Under the pieces are notes generated by a model that worked only from the letters and a program-made list of their open reading frames with translations, was not told where the DNA came from and did not search any database. The position numbers and the translations under genes were made by a program. From Nitrospinales bacterium (GTDB lineage: Bacteria; Nitrospinota; Nitrospinia; Nitrospinales; VA-1), in the NCBI GenBank assembly GCA_965263085.1, contig OZ253582.1:1571579-1635578 (forward strand): a stretch of 64,000 nt of DNA, read 5' to 3'. This document shows positions 29,136-37,526 of the stretch, one piece after another. The stretch's first letter is position 1. Each line of letters opens with the position of its first letter.

Positions 29136-29846
29136 TTAAGGGTAAGTATGAGAGGAAACCTGTATTTGTTCGTCCCAAGATTTTGAAACAATTTGAGCTT
29201 TATTTAAAAAATATTCATTTTGCTTCTCTTGAGAAACAAGAAAAAATACAACATTCGATGTTCGGAAAGAAATAATACATTTGCCGCCTGTTTTGATATG
29301 AATTTTTTGCAATATCCTTGCTATAAAATCATCTCTGTTTTCTCGAATAAAATGCTGATACATCAAAATGGAATGACCCATTTCAAAACTCTTAACAACC
29401 TCACTCCAGTATAGATATTTTGAAGAATCTTTTTGCCCTGAAGACTTTGATTTAATTTCCAGACCATTATCAGGGTCGAAGAAAATCAAATCAACATCTT
29501 GAAACAACTTAAACATATTAGAAAAATATTGTTTCCGCTTAACAGCGTCATCTTCCAATATTGGGTCATAAAAAACAGTATTAGAAAATTTATTAGAATT
29601 AATCACCTCTTTTATATTCCTGGCATCTGCCCTTAAACACTGGCCCAAGAAATCATACAAATCTGGATCAAACTTTTTATACTCTTCAGGCTTCGCAAGA
29701 TATTGGGTAAACCTTCCGTCTGTTCTGGTGTCATCGGGTGTAAGCATCCAACAAATTCCTATTCTTATGGTTCCACTATTGCTCAGAAAACGGATTAAGC
29801 CATATTTTCGATAATCATTTATATCTCCAAAATATTGATTCTTCAT
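29136..29846 (-). CDS. Hypothetical protein, low GC (islet ORF-A)
   Basis: 236 aa from ATG 29846; the track begins at TTG 29897. Motifs YFGDINDYRKYGLIRFL and DLIFFDPDNGLE. About 30% G+C by hand count. No family recognised. Confidence 0.6.
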   Translation of the reverse strand: MKNQYFGDINDYRKYGLIRFLSNSGTIRIGICWMLTPDDTRTDGRFTQYLAKPEEYKKFDPDLYDFLGQCLRADARNIKEVINSNKFSNTVFYDPILEDDAVKRKQYFSNMFKLFQDVDLIFFDPDNGLEIKSKSSGQKDSSKYLYWSEVVKSFEMGHSILMYQHFIRENRDDFIARILQKIHIKTGGKCIISFRTSNVVFFLVSQEKQNEYFLNKAQIVSKSWDEQIQVSSHTYP

Positions 29847-29899
29847 CTTGGCTATTCTATTACAGGCAGGGAAGTGATTTGCTGTATTTTCTTTCAAAC

Positions 29900-29917
29900 G
29901 CTAGCCCTAGTGCTAGC
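29900..29917. promoter_or_regulatory. 18-bp near-palindrome between tRNA-Arg and ORF-A (candidate operator)
   Basis: GCTAGCcCTAGtGCTAGC; 16 of 18 positions are self-complementary. Confidence 0.25.
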
Positions 29918-29967
29918 CACAACAAAAAATGGGCTACAGCCTAAACTGTAAACCATTAAAAAATAAG

Positions 29968-30041
<74 letters not shown>

Positions 30042-30067
30042 GCAAGAATCAAATTGCGGCAAAAAAT

Positions 30068-30418
30068 TTATACCCCATCACCCTCGCTGGCCGATTCGTA
30101 GAGGATGATTTTGACTTCTTCTTCGGTGGCCAGTCCTTTTTCGATCACCTTGTCCAGTTTTGGTTTGATACGTTCGATATTTTCTTTCCGGTCTACCACT
30201 TCCACCACAATCGGCAGGTCATCGGATAATCGCAATATGGAGGTCGTATGCGGTTTGCTGGATTTTCCGAACCCATTGATCCCTCTTAAAACGGTGGCTC
30301 CTGCCAACCCCTCTTCCCTGAAAAACTCTATCAGATACTTGGAGAGTGGCACGCCCTCATATTTATCAGACTCGCCGATAAATATTCTAAGGAGGATGGC
30401 ATCGGATTCTTTTTTCAT
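30068..30418 (-). CDS. DUF190 (PII-like) protein, a CrcB-associated family
   Basis: LLRIFIGESDKYEGVPLSKYLIEFFREEGLAGATVLRGINGFG. Its start lies 1 nt after the crcB stop. Confidence 0.8.
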   Translation of the reverse strand: MKKESDAILLRIFIGESDKYEGVPLSKYLIEFFREEGLAGATVLRGINGFGKSSKPHTTSILRLSDDLPIVVEVVDRKENIERIKPKLDKVIEKGLATEEEVKIILYESASEGDGV

Positions 30419-30419
30419 T

Positions 30420-30800
30420 TTATTTCAGCCCCATAACAGTGATTGCAATTTTCCCCAGATAAACGGCTAGCAGGCAGAGCCCGATGGTTCCTATCAGGTT
30501 GAGCCCGAATAGCATATATTCGCTCTGTTCCAAGAGCTTCATGGACTCATAGCTGAAGGTCGACATAGTGGTGAATGAACCGAGGATGCCGATAGTCAGA
30601 AACACCCGTGCTTCTCCGCCAAAAAGGCCCCGGTATTCAGAGGTGTACATGATCATCGCCAGCAACAAACTGCCAATGAAGTTCACTCCGAGAGTACCAA
30701 AAGGGAAGGTGATGAATCCACTCTGAATCCACCCACTGACCCAGTAGCGTAAAATCGCCCCGATGAACCCGCCTAAACCGATTATTAACCAAAGTGACAT
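30420..30800 (-). CDS. crcB: Fluoride channel CrcB/FluC
   Basis: 126 aa with 4 TM segments; GGFIGAILRY...FPFGTLGVNFIGS...GSFTTMSTF. Confidence 0.93.
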   Translation of the reverse strand: MSLWLIIGLGGFIGAILRYWVSGWIQSGFITFPFGTLGVNFIGSLLLAMIMYTSEYRGLFGGEARVFLTIGILGSFTTMSTFSYESMKLLEQSEYMLFGLNLIGTIGLCLLAVYLGKIAITVMGLK

Positions 30801-30904
30801 GCTCTAAAATGCCTCTCCTGACAGGAACTAGGATATCCCCATTCTACCCCTCGGAACATGGGGCCGGGGGAAGGATACCACGTATTCCATGGAGATGGAA
30901 AGCG

Positions 30905-31252
30905 TTACGAAGCATTTCCAATAGCGGTCACCGTTACCCCCGTCGGCTCGACTAAAGTGTTGGCGGTGATGTCGAGGTTGCTGTTACGGTCCATGTCGAT
31001 ATAGGTATAGGAAGAACTGTGGTCGCGGTTGTCGAGGCCAAACTCTGCCTGCCCTTGGGTGAAAGACTGACCGTTCTGGTTGTGGAAAAAGTTATTCGAG
31101 GCAAACTCCTGTGTGAGTGGCTTTTCAAAAGCCTCACTGCCAGAGAGCGCGGCCTTGCTATCCAGAGCCAGGTAGCGGGAAACCAGTCAGAAGCTGGAAG
31201 TCACCGCGACTATAAAAACCAGAAGAATTATAAATTTGCGATTAGCAGTCAT
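30905..31252 (-). pseudogene. Possible small membrane-anchored or secreted protein gene with an in-frame TGA at 31187-31189
   Basis: ATG 31252 gives [52 protein letters not shown]...VTAIGNAS*. That is 116 codons in one frame with a single internal stop. No clear Shine-Dalgarno. Confidence 0.35.
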
Positions 31253-31299
31253 TCAAAAGTATTATCTGGCATTTAGGGGAAACTATTTTTACCCTAAAA

Positions 31300-33012
31300 A
31301 TGCCTTTGTTAGGAGAAAAGATTTTGCAAACGGAAGATTCTGAATCCTCGGCCCATTTTATCCATAATATAATCGAGGAAGATTTACGCACGCTCAAATT
31401 TGGCGGGCGGGTTCATACCCGATTCCCACCTGAGCCTAACGGCTATCTGCATATTGGTCACGCCAAATCCATTTGCCTGAACTTCGGGCTGGCTTTGCGA
31501 TATTCAGGGAAATGTAACCTCAGGTTCGATGACACCAACCCCAGCAAGGAAGAAGAAGAATACGTTAAAGCCATTTTAGAAGACGTGCGATGGTTGGGGT
31601 TTGACTGGGGAGACCGATTGTATTATGCCTCAGAATATTTTGAACAGCTTTATCAGTTCGCAGTTCGCTTGATCGAGAAAGGTAAAGCTTATGTGGACGC
31701 GTTGAACCCGGAACAAATTCGTGAATACCGCGGCACGCTTTCCGAACCGGGACGCAACAGCCCCTACCGTGACAGGCCGGTGCAAGAAAATCTGGATTTG
31801 TTTGAACGCATGCGGGCTGGTGATTTCGCGGAAGGCGATAGGGTCTTGCGCGCCAAAATTGACATGGCATCTGGTAACCTGAATTTGCGAGACCCGGTGC
31901 TGTATCGGATTCTAAAGTCAACGCATCACCGTACTGGAGACAAGTGGTGCATCTATCCCATGTATGATTTCACCCATGGTCAATCAGATTCGCTGGAGGG
32001 GATCACCCACTCCATCTGTACTTTGGAGTTTGAGGATCATCGCCCTCTTTATGACTGGTTCCTGAAAGAGTTGGATGTCTATCGTCCTCAGCAAATAGAA
32101 TTTGCCCGCCTCAACTTGAATTACACAGTGTTGAGCAAGCGCGAGCTTTTACAGTTAGTGCGGGAGAAGCATGTGAGCGGGTGGAACGATCCACGTATGC
32201 CGACCTTATCGGGCATGCGTCGCAGGGGTTACCCCCCGGAGGCCATTCGTGATTTTTGTGAACGGATTGGAGTCTCGAAAAGCAATAGCACGGTAGACTT
32301 TGCTCTGCTGGAACATTGCGTGCGCGAAGATTTAAACAAGACAGTGCCCCGTGTGATGGGGGTGATTCGACCCCTGAAAGTGGTGATTGAGAACTACCCG
32401 GAGGATCAGGTAGAAGAACTGACTGCTGGGAACAATCCTGAAGACTCCGATGCCGGTTTCCGTAAGATCCCCTTTTCCCGAGTGCTTTATATTGAACGGG
32501 ATGATTTTATGGAAGACCCTCCGAAAAAGTTTTTCCGCCTTGCTCCAGGCAGGGAGGTGCGGCTGAAGCATGCCTACATCATCAAATGTGAACGAGCGAT
32601 TAAGGATGAAAAAACGGGAGACGTGGTGGCGTTGTGTTGCACTTATGATCCGGAAACCAAAAGCGGTTCTTCCATGGAAAACCGGAAGGTGAAAGGTACC
32701 CTGCATTGGCTCTCTCAGGCTCATGCCCAGCCTGCCGAAGTGAGATTATACAATCATCTTTTTCTCAAGGAAAACCCGGTGGACAAAAAAGAGTGTCCTG
32801 AGTTAAGTTCAAGCTTGAACCCCGATTCTCTTGAAATTGTTCAAGACGCGTTCATTGAACCTTTTTTAAAGGACGCGGTGGGGGGCGACCGGTTTCAGTT
32901 TTTGCGGCTGGGCTATTTTTGCGTGGATAATAAGGACTCCGCTCCCGGCGCGCCGGTTTTTAACAGGATTGTAACGCTTCGCGATACTTGGGCGAAAATT
33001 TCCAAAAAGTGA
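31300..33012 (+). CDS. glnS: Glutaminyl-tRNA synthetase
   Basis: [17 protein letters not shown] (HIGH) and VLSKR (KMSKS-like), with the GlnRS-type C-terminal domains. Confidence 0.95.
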   Translation: MPLLGEKILQTEDSESSAHFIHNIIEEDLRTLKFGGRVHTRFPPEPNGYLHIGHAKSICLNFGLALRYSGKCNLRFDDTNPSKEEEEYVKAILEDVRWLGFDWGDRLYYASEYFEQLYQFAVRLIEKGKAYVDALNPEQIREYRGTLSEPGRNSPYRDRPVQENLDLFERMRAGDFAEGDRVLRAKIDMASGNLNLRDPVLYRILKSTHHRTGDKWCIYPMYDFTHGQSDSLEGITHSICTLEFEDHRPLYDWFLKELDVYRPQQIEFARLNLNYTVLSKRELLQLVREKHVSGWNDPRMPTLSGMRRRGYPPEAIRDFCERIGVSKSNSTVDFALLEHCVREDLNKTVPRVMGVIRPLKVVIENYPEDQVEELTAGNNPEDSDAGFRKIPFSRVLYIERDDFMEDPPKKFFRLAPGREVRLKHAYIIKCERAIKDEKTGDVVALCCTYDPETKSGSSMENRKVKGTLHWLSQAHAQPAEVRLYNHLFLKENPVDKKECPELSSSLNPDSLEIVQDAFIEPFLKDAVGGDRFQFLRLGYFCVDNKDSAPGAPVFNRIVTLRDTWAKISKK

Positions 33013-33172
33013 CGGTTCTGTAATAATTCATGTGAAGATGGGCCTCTTTCCAGGAGAATGGAGGTGAGCTTTTAATATCTTTTCTTCAGTGCCTTGAAGT
33101 CTTTTTAATTCAGAGGGTTTAAGCACAGTTTTTGAGGTGAGAGATAAGGTCTGCCGGAATCTTTATTTCTCT

Positions 33173-33202
33173 TTGACAGGTTTTTACAATTGTGCTAAAA
33201 AT
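33173..33202 (+). promoter_or_regulatory. Candidate sigma70 promoter for dnaN
   Basis: TTGACA (33173-33178), a 17-nt spacer ending in TGc, then TAAAAAT (33196-33202), about 45 nt before ATG 33246. Confidence 0.45.
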
Positions 33203-33245
33203 CCTCAAGCCTGAAAACGGGTTTTCACTTACCTTGGGGAGTTTT

Positions 33246-34352
33246 ATGGAAGTCAGAATAAGTCGGGATGTCCTACTGAACGGGGCGGGCAAAGCTCAGG
33301 GAATCGTGGAACCAAAAGGGGCGATGCCCATTCTTTCACATCTGCATCTTTCCGCAGATAAAGACAACATCTGTATTCGCGCTACGGATTTGGAAATCGG
33401 GACCTTGTGCCACTACGAGGCGAATGTGAGCGCGCCAGGTGCTGTGACGCTCAATGCCAGAAAACTTTTTGACATTGCCCGGGAACTTCCCGATGAAGAA
33501 GTCTATCTGAAAAAAGAAGAAAATAACTGGGTCGCTTTAAAATGTGGAAAGTCCAAATTCCGTTTGCCCGGTCTTCCTCCTGAGGATTTTCCTGCTTTAC
33601 CCGAATACAGTGAAAAACCGCTGTTGGAGTTCGACAGTAAAATATTGAAGGAAATGATTCGCAAAACCTTTTTCTCGGTTTCTCCCGATGTGACCCGGCA
33701 GGTGTTGAACGGCTTATTGCTGGAAGCGGAAGGAGATAGTGTAAGATTTGTGGGTACAGATGGGCATCGGCTGGCGATGATTTCCCGACCGGTCAAATCA
33801 AACGCCGCGAAAGGGGAGGTTTTGAGTTTCTTGTTGCCGAGGAAAGTGTTGGCGGAGTTGCTAAGGTTGATGGAAGACGAAGATGCGACATTCGGGTTCT
33901 CTTCTCAGGAAAACCATCTGGCTTTTATTTGTGGCAAGCAAGTGATCGTATCCCGAAAAATTGATGGAAAATTTCCTAACTATCGACAAGTGATTCCGTC
34001 AGACAATCATTTGAAAGCCAAAGCCGATAGAGATGGCCTGACCCGTGCTTTGAGACGTGTGGCCCAGCTGGCTGATGAAAAATCTGCAATGGTTCGGTTT
34101 GAAATCAAGAAAGGTACCTTGGGCTTGGTTTCTGATAATACGGATCTAGGAGCTGCCAATGAGGAAATGTCTCTTGAATATGAGGGTGAAGAGGTCTCCA
34201 TCGGGCTTAACGCGAAATATGTTCTGGATATCCTCAATGCTGTGGAGGCGGATTCAGTGACGCTTAATCTAAAAGATCAAAATCACTCCTGTCTGTTTAC
34301 GGTGACGGACGACGACGAGTATAAGAGCATTGTCATGCCCATGCGTCTCTAG
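33246..34352 (+). CDS. dnaN: DNA polymerase III beta sliding clamp
   Basis: MEVRISRDVLLNGAGKAQGIV...LPILSHLHL...VMPMRL. I prefer ATG 33246; the track start 33192 falls inside the putative promoter. Confidence 0.93.
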   Translation: MEVRISRDVLLNGAGKAQGIVEPKGAMPILSHLHLSADKDNICIRATDLEIGTLCHYEANVSAPGAVTLNARKLFDIARELPDEEVYLKKEENNWVALKCGKSKFRLPGLPPEDFPALPEYSEKPLLEFDSKILKEMIRKTFFSVSPDVTRQVLNGLLLEAEGDSVRFVGTDGHRLAMISRPVKSNAAKGEVLSFLLPRKVLAELLRLMEDEDATFGFSSQENHLAFICGKQVIVSRKIDGKFPNYRQVIPSDNHLKAKADRDGLTRALRRVAQLADEKSAMVRFEIKKGTLGLVSDNTDLGAANEEMSLEYEGEEVSIGLNAKYVLDILNAVEADSVTLNLKDQNHSCLFTVTDDDEYKSIVMPMRL

Positions 34353-34368
34353 GGTTTTCGATCAAAGA

Positions 34369-35496
34369 TCAAAGGTCGAAAAACTGGTCCAGCTTTTTAT
34401 CGCTCCTTGGTGTTTTTCCTGTTACTCCTTCCCAGATTTCCCGGGTCTCCATACAAAGATAAATATTTAATTTTTGCGAGCGTGACATTAGATAACCGCG
34501 AATGGTTTCGTAGGCATGATTCCTTAGAGGACGAAGGTAGCGGAATTTCCCATCCTTACTGGGTAGGTGTTCGCTGGTGAACAAGCGGGTTTCTGGATGG
34601 CGGTTTTTAATGATCGATTTCAGGTTAGGGCGATATCTAAAGCTTCCCAGGCTCACCCATTCCACTTTATTGATGGGTAGTGCATCGCATAAAATATCGA
34701 CCAGTTTCCGGTAGGCTTCCTCCCAACCCGGTATCAAAATGATCGGATCGAAATGAAACCCGATGCGGTAGCCTTTCTCCATGCATGCACGGGCAGATTC
34801 AAGCCGCTGGGCCAGACCCGGTGTTCCTTTCTCTTCCTGGTCAATGATGGTTTGTGGATTCAGCGACCAAGATACAATAATATTTGTAGGATCGGAGTGG
34901 TTCAATAGATTCGCGATCTGGTCTGACTTGGTTTTCAATTCCAGCACAGCGTTTGACTGCCGGTTGAAGAAGGGGAGCAGAGAGGCAGTGTAGGGGACGA
35001 TGGCGTCCAAGGCTAGACTGTCGGTCAATTCCCCCGTCCCAACCCGAAAATTGCGATCCGGATATTGTGTGAACACTTCCTCCAACTCGCCAAGCAGGTC
35101 TTCAACATTAACATAAGCTACTTGCATGGGGTTGTTGCCTAAAAAATCCTGCAGGAAACAATAAGAACAATCGTAGATGCAGTTTTTTGATAAGTTCACA
35201 ACATAATAATTGCAACACACCATACCTGGGCTGATACCCGGGCACTTCTTCAGGAACGAACCCTTAAAACGGGATAATGCCAGGTGTTTTTTTCCTTCCC
35301 CAAACACATCGTACTGTGAAGATTTCATCTGCTCGGTGAGAAGGGAAATATCCTGGAACGTCTGCCGAGGAACTCCGGGAAGCCGGGAGAGGGTTTCTTG
35401 CGCCAGAGGGTACTCGCTCACCCCTTCTTCCAGAAACAAAATATCGGGCTGGTACTCTTTTGGAGTTTGGCTTGGACCTATTGTATTTATTGGCAT
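34369..35496 (-). CDS. Spore-photoproduct-lyase-family radical SAM protein
   Basis: CIYDCSYCFLQ radical SAM motif. The overall pattern (NYYVVNLSKNC, LELKTKS, GFHFDPII) resembles the SPL/DNA-repair radical SAM family. Confidence 0.75.
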   Translation of the reverse strand: MPINTIGPSQTPKEYQPDILFLEEGVSEYPLAQETLSRLPGVPRQTFQDISLLTEQMKSSQYDVFGEGKKHLALSRFKGSFLKKCPGISPGMVCCNYYVVNLSKNCIYDCSYCFLQDFLGNNPMQVAYVNVEDLLGELEEVFTQYPDRNFRVGTGELTDSLALDAIVPYTASLLPFFNRQSNAVLELKTKSDQIANLLNHSDPTNIIVSWSLNPQTIIDQEEKGTPGLAQRLESARACMEKGYRIGFHFDPIILIPGWEEAYRKLVDILCDALPINKVEWVSLGSFRYRPNLKSIIKNRHPETRLFTSEHLPSKDGKFRYLRPLRNHAYETIRGYLMSRSQKLNIYLCMETREIWEGVTGKTPRSDKKLDQFFDL

Positions 35497-35638
35497 TATT
35501 TTATATAATGTGGCAAATTTTAAAGGTGGCCCGGTTTTTTCTGTTTCCCAGGTTCCTTTATGGGCGGAACTTTTTCCCTTTATGACTACCTGTTCTTGCT
35601 TTAAACGGCCATTTTATCACTTAATTGAAGGAAAGAAA

Positions 35639-36733
35639 ATGAGCATTCCTACATCCTCACTTTATGATCGGCCCATCCAAAAGAAAAATAAATTTCGACT
35701 TGGATTTGTCTTTCTCTTCGTTGCTTCGGTGGGATTGAATGTTTTTCTCCTCTTCTTTGACCATGAAAGTGGTGTCGTGGTCGCGTCTTTACCGCCGGAC
35801 GCAGGGACCGTATCGCAAAGCGCTGTCGAACCGCCTGAGGTATTAAGAGCGCCTCAACCTGTTGCTGTTATCGAGCCTGCGGCATTCACGGTTCCATCCG
35901 AGATGGTTCTTGAGGGCAAAGCTATCCACTCGTTGGACCTTAAAATTAGAAATTCCCTGAACTTTACTGTATGCAGAATGATGACCCGTGAAAACGGATG
36001 CGCTGCTCTTTCCGCGCACATCGGACGTCTCATGGTGTGGTTTATGGACATCAAAAGAAGCATGAGGAACGGCGACTCCATCAATGTGATGTACCAGCAA
36101 CTGGAAGGCCTCGAACAGTTTAAAATTCTCAAACTTTCCTACAAAAGTCAATTATTTGGCAAAACATTTGAAGCGTATTATTTTGATGAGTTTGATCAAG
36201 GTAATGGCGGTTATTTTGATAGCGAAGGAAAAGAGATTGCCCAGCGTATTGTCGAGTCTCAGAGCCCCATCCGGCATTATATTGAAATCACCTCCCTGCC
36301 TGGTGATTTTCGCGAGGGGATAGGGGGGCATTCCGGGACAGACTTTAAAGCCGAGGTGGGGACGCCTATTTACTCAGGGTTTGCTGGCAAGGTTACGCGT
36401 ACAAACTGGAATGTGCGGGCCAATGGTTATTGTGTTGAAATCGATCATCCAAAACTTGGGATAAAAACGCTCTACCTCCACTTGAGTCGGGTCAAAGTGA
36501 AACGCGGCCAGACTATCCAGGCGGGCCAGCAGGTTGCTGAATCGGGAAACACTGGGAGAACGTTTGCCCCTCACCTCCATTATGAGATTCAGAATCGGAA
36601 AAATAAGAAAACCATCTACAATCCCTTCAACTTCAAGCACCATAAAAGTTATACCCGAAATATCCCTCCTCAGCATCATCAGGCTTTCCAAGAAGCTGTT
36701 AACCGCTATAACTCTGTGGCAAAGGAAAGCTGA
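35639..36733 (+). CDS. M23 (LytM) family metallopeptidase, membrane-anchored
   Basis: ATG 35639. N-terminal TM (FRLGFVFLFVASVGLNVFLLFF). HSGTDFKA...GYCVEIDH...NTGRTFAPHLHYE. The track ORF from 35210 is an artefactual 5' extension. Confidence 0.88.
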   Translation: MSIPTSSLYDRPIQKKNKFRLGFVFLFVASVGLNVFLLFFDHESGVVVASLPPDAGTVSQSAVEPPEVLRAPQPVAVIEPAAFTVPSEMVLEGKAIHSLDLKIRNSLNFTVCRMMTRENGCAALSAHIGRLMVWFMDIKRSMRNGDSINVMYQQLEGLEQFKILKLSYKSQLFGKTFEAYYFDEFDQGNGGYFDSEGKEIAQRIVESQSPIRHYIEITSLPGDFREGIGGHSGTDFKAEVGTPIYSGFAGKVTRTNWNVRANGYCVEIDHPKLGIKTLYLHLSRVKVKRGQTIQAGQQVAESGNTGRTFAPHLHYEIQNRKNKKTIYNPFNFKHHKSYTRNIPPQHHQAFQEAVNRYNSVAKES

Positions 36734-36887
36734 TTTCTTGTCGCGACTTGGGTTAAGGTAGGAAAGCCGAACTGGTTTAGAGTAGGGTCTGTGCTTTTTT
36801 GGGGTTCCCTGTGAAAAAAAACGAAAGCGAAGCAAAGGGAAAAAGCTCATCCGCATTTGTATCTGGAAAATTACTTTTGACCTTTTC

Positions 36888-37526
36888 TTGTGCTTTGTGG
36901 CTCTTACTATAGCCCCTGTCCTGCTATACAGGTTTGTGAATCCTCCGACAACACCTTTGATGTTGATCCGCTGGGTGGATAGCGATGCTCAGCGGAACCT
37001 TCCTCTGTATCTGGATGCGTGGACGCCCATTGAAGATATCTCCCCGAACATTATGAAAGCGGTCATCGCCGCTGAGGATCAGAAATTTTTTACCCATCAT
37101 GGGTTCGACTGGTTGGCCATTGAGCGCGCGATCCAGACCAACGTCATGGCAGACAGAAAAGTGGGTGCCAGCACTATTTCCATGCAAACCGCTCGCAATG
37201 TATTCCTGTGGCAAACCCGGACCTGGTTTCGTAAGTTGCTGGAAAGTTATTTTACCGTGCTGATCGAGTTTTTTTGGAGCAAACAGAGGATTCTGGAGGT
37301 CTATTTGAATGTGATTGAATGGGGAGATGGTGTATTTGGTTGCGAACAGGCGGCCCAGACGTATTTCCAGCATTCGTCAAGACTTCTTTCCCCGGTGGAG
37401 TCGGCATGGATGGCGGCTGTCTTACCCAGTCCCCGGCACTGGACACGAAGACCTACCTCAAAACATGTGCGGGCTCGACAAATCAAGATCCTTGATACTC
37501 TGCCACGCATACGAATTGTTCATTAA
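36888..37526 (+). CDS. mtgA: Monofunctional peptidoglycan glycosyltransferase MtgA (N-terminus uncertain; see finding on the A8 tract)
   Basis: LLYRFVNPPTTPLM, AAEDQKFFTHHGFD, GASTISMQ and VIEWG motifs. The only in-frame start is TTG 36888. GTG 36811 followed by A8 would give a canonical basic-plus-TM N-terminus after a -1 shift. Confidence 0.88.
   Translation: MCFVALTIAPVLLYRFVNPPTTPLMLIRWVDSDAQRNLPLYLDAWTPIEDISPNIMKAVIAAEDQKFFTHHGFDWLAIERAIQTNVMADRKVGASTISMQTARNVFLWQTRTWFRKLLESYFTVLIEFFWSKQRILEVYLNVIEWGDGVFGCEQAAQTYFQHSSRLLSPVESAWMAAVLPSPRHWTRRPTSKHVRARQIKILDTLPRIRIVH

Noticed and set aside
30801-30904. The fluoride (crcB-motif) riboswitch expected upstream of crcB
   Set aside because: I read both strands for the conserved GGnGATGG...AAC(C)GC...CTGATGA..CCTAC elements. 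The transcribed strand has none of them. The plus-strand GGAGATGG at about 30891 is on the wrong strand and lacks the 3' half.
35210-35638. The 5' 143 codons of the 507-aa track ORF
   Set aside because: This part lies entirely antisense to the SPL-family radical SAM gene and has no motifs. The M23 peptidase begins sensibly at ATG 35639 with a basic-plus-TM N-terminus.
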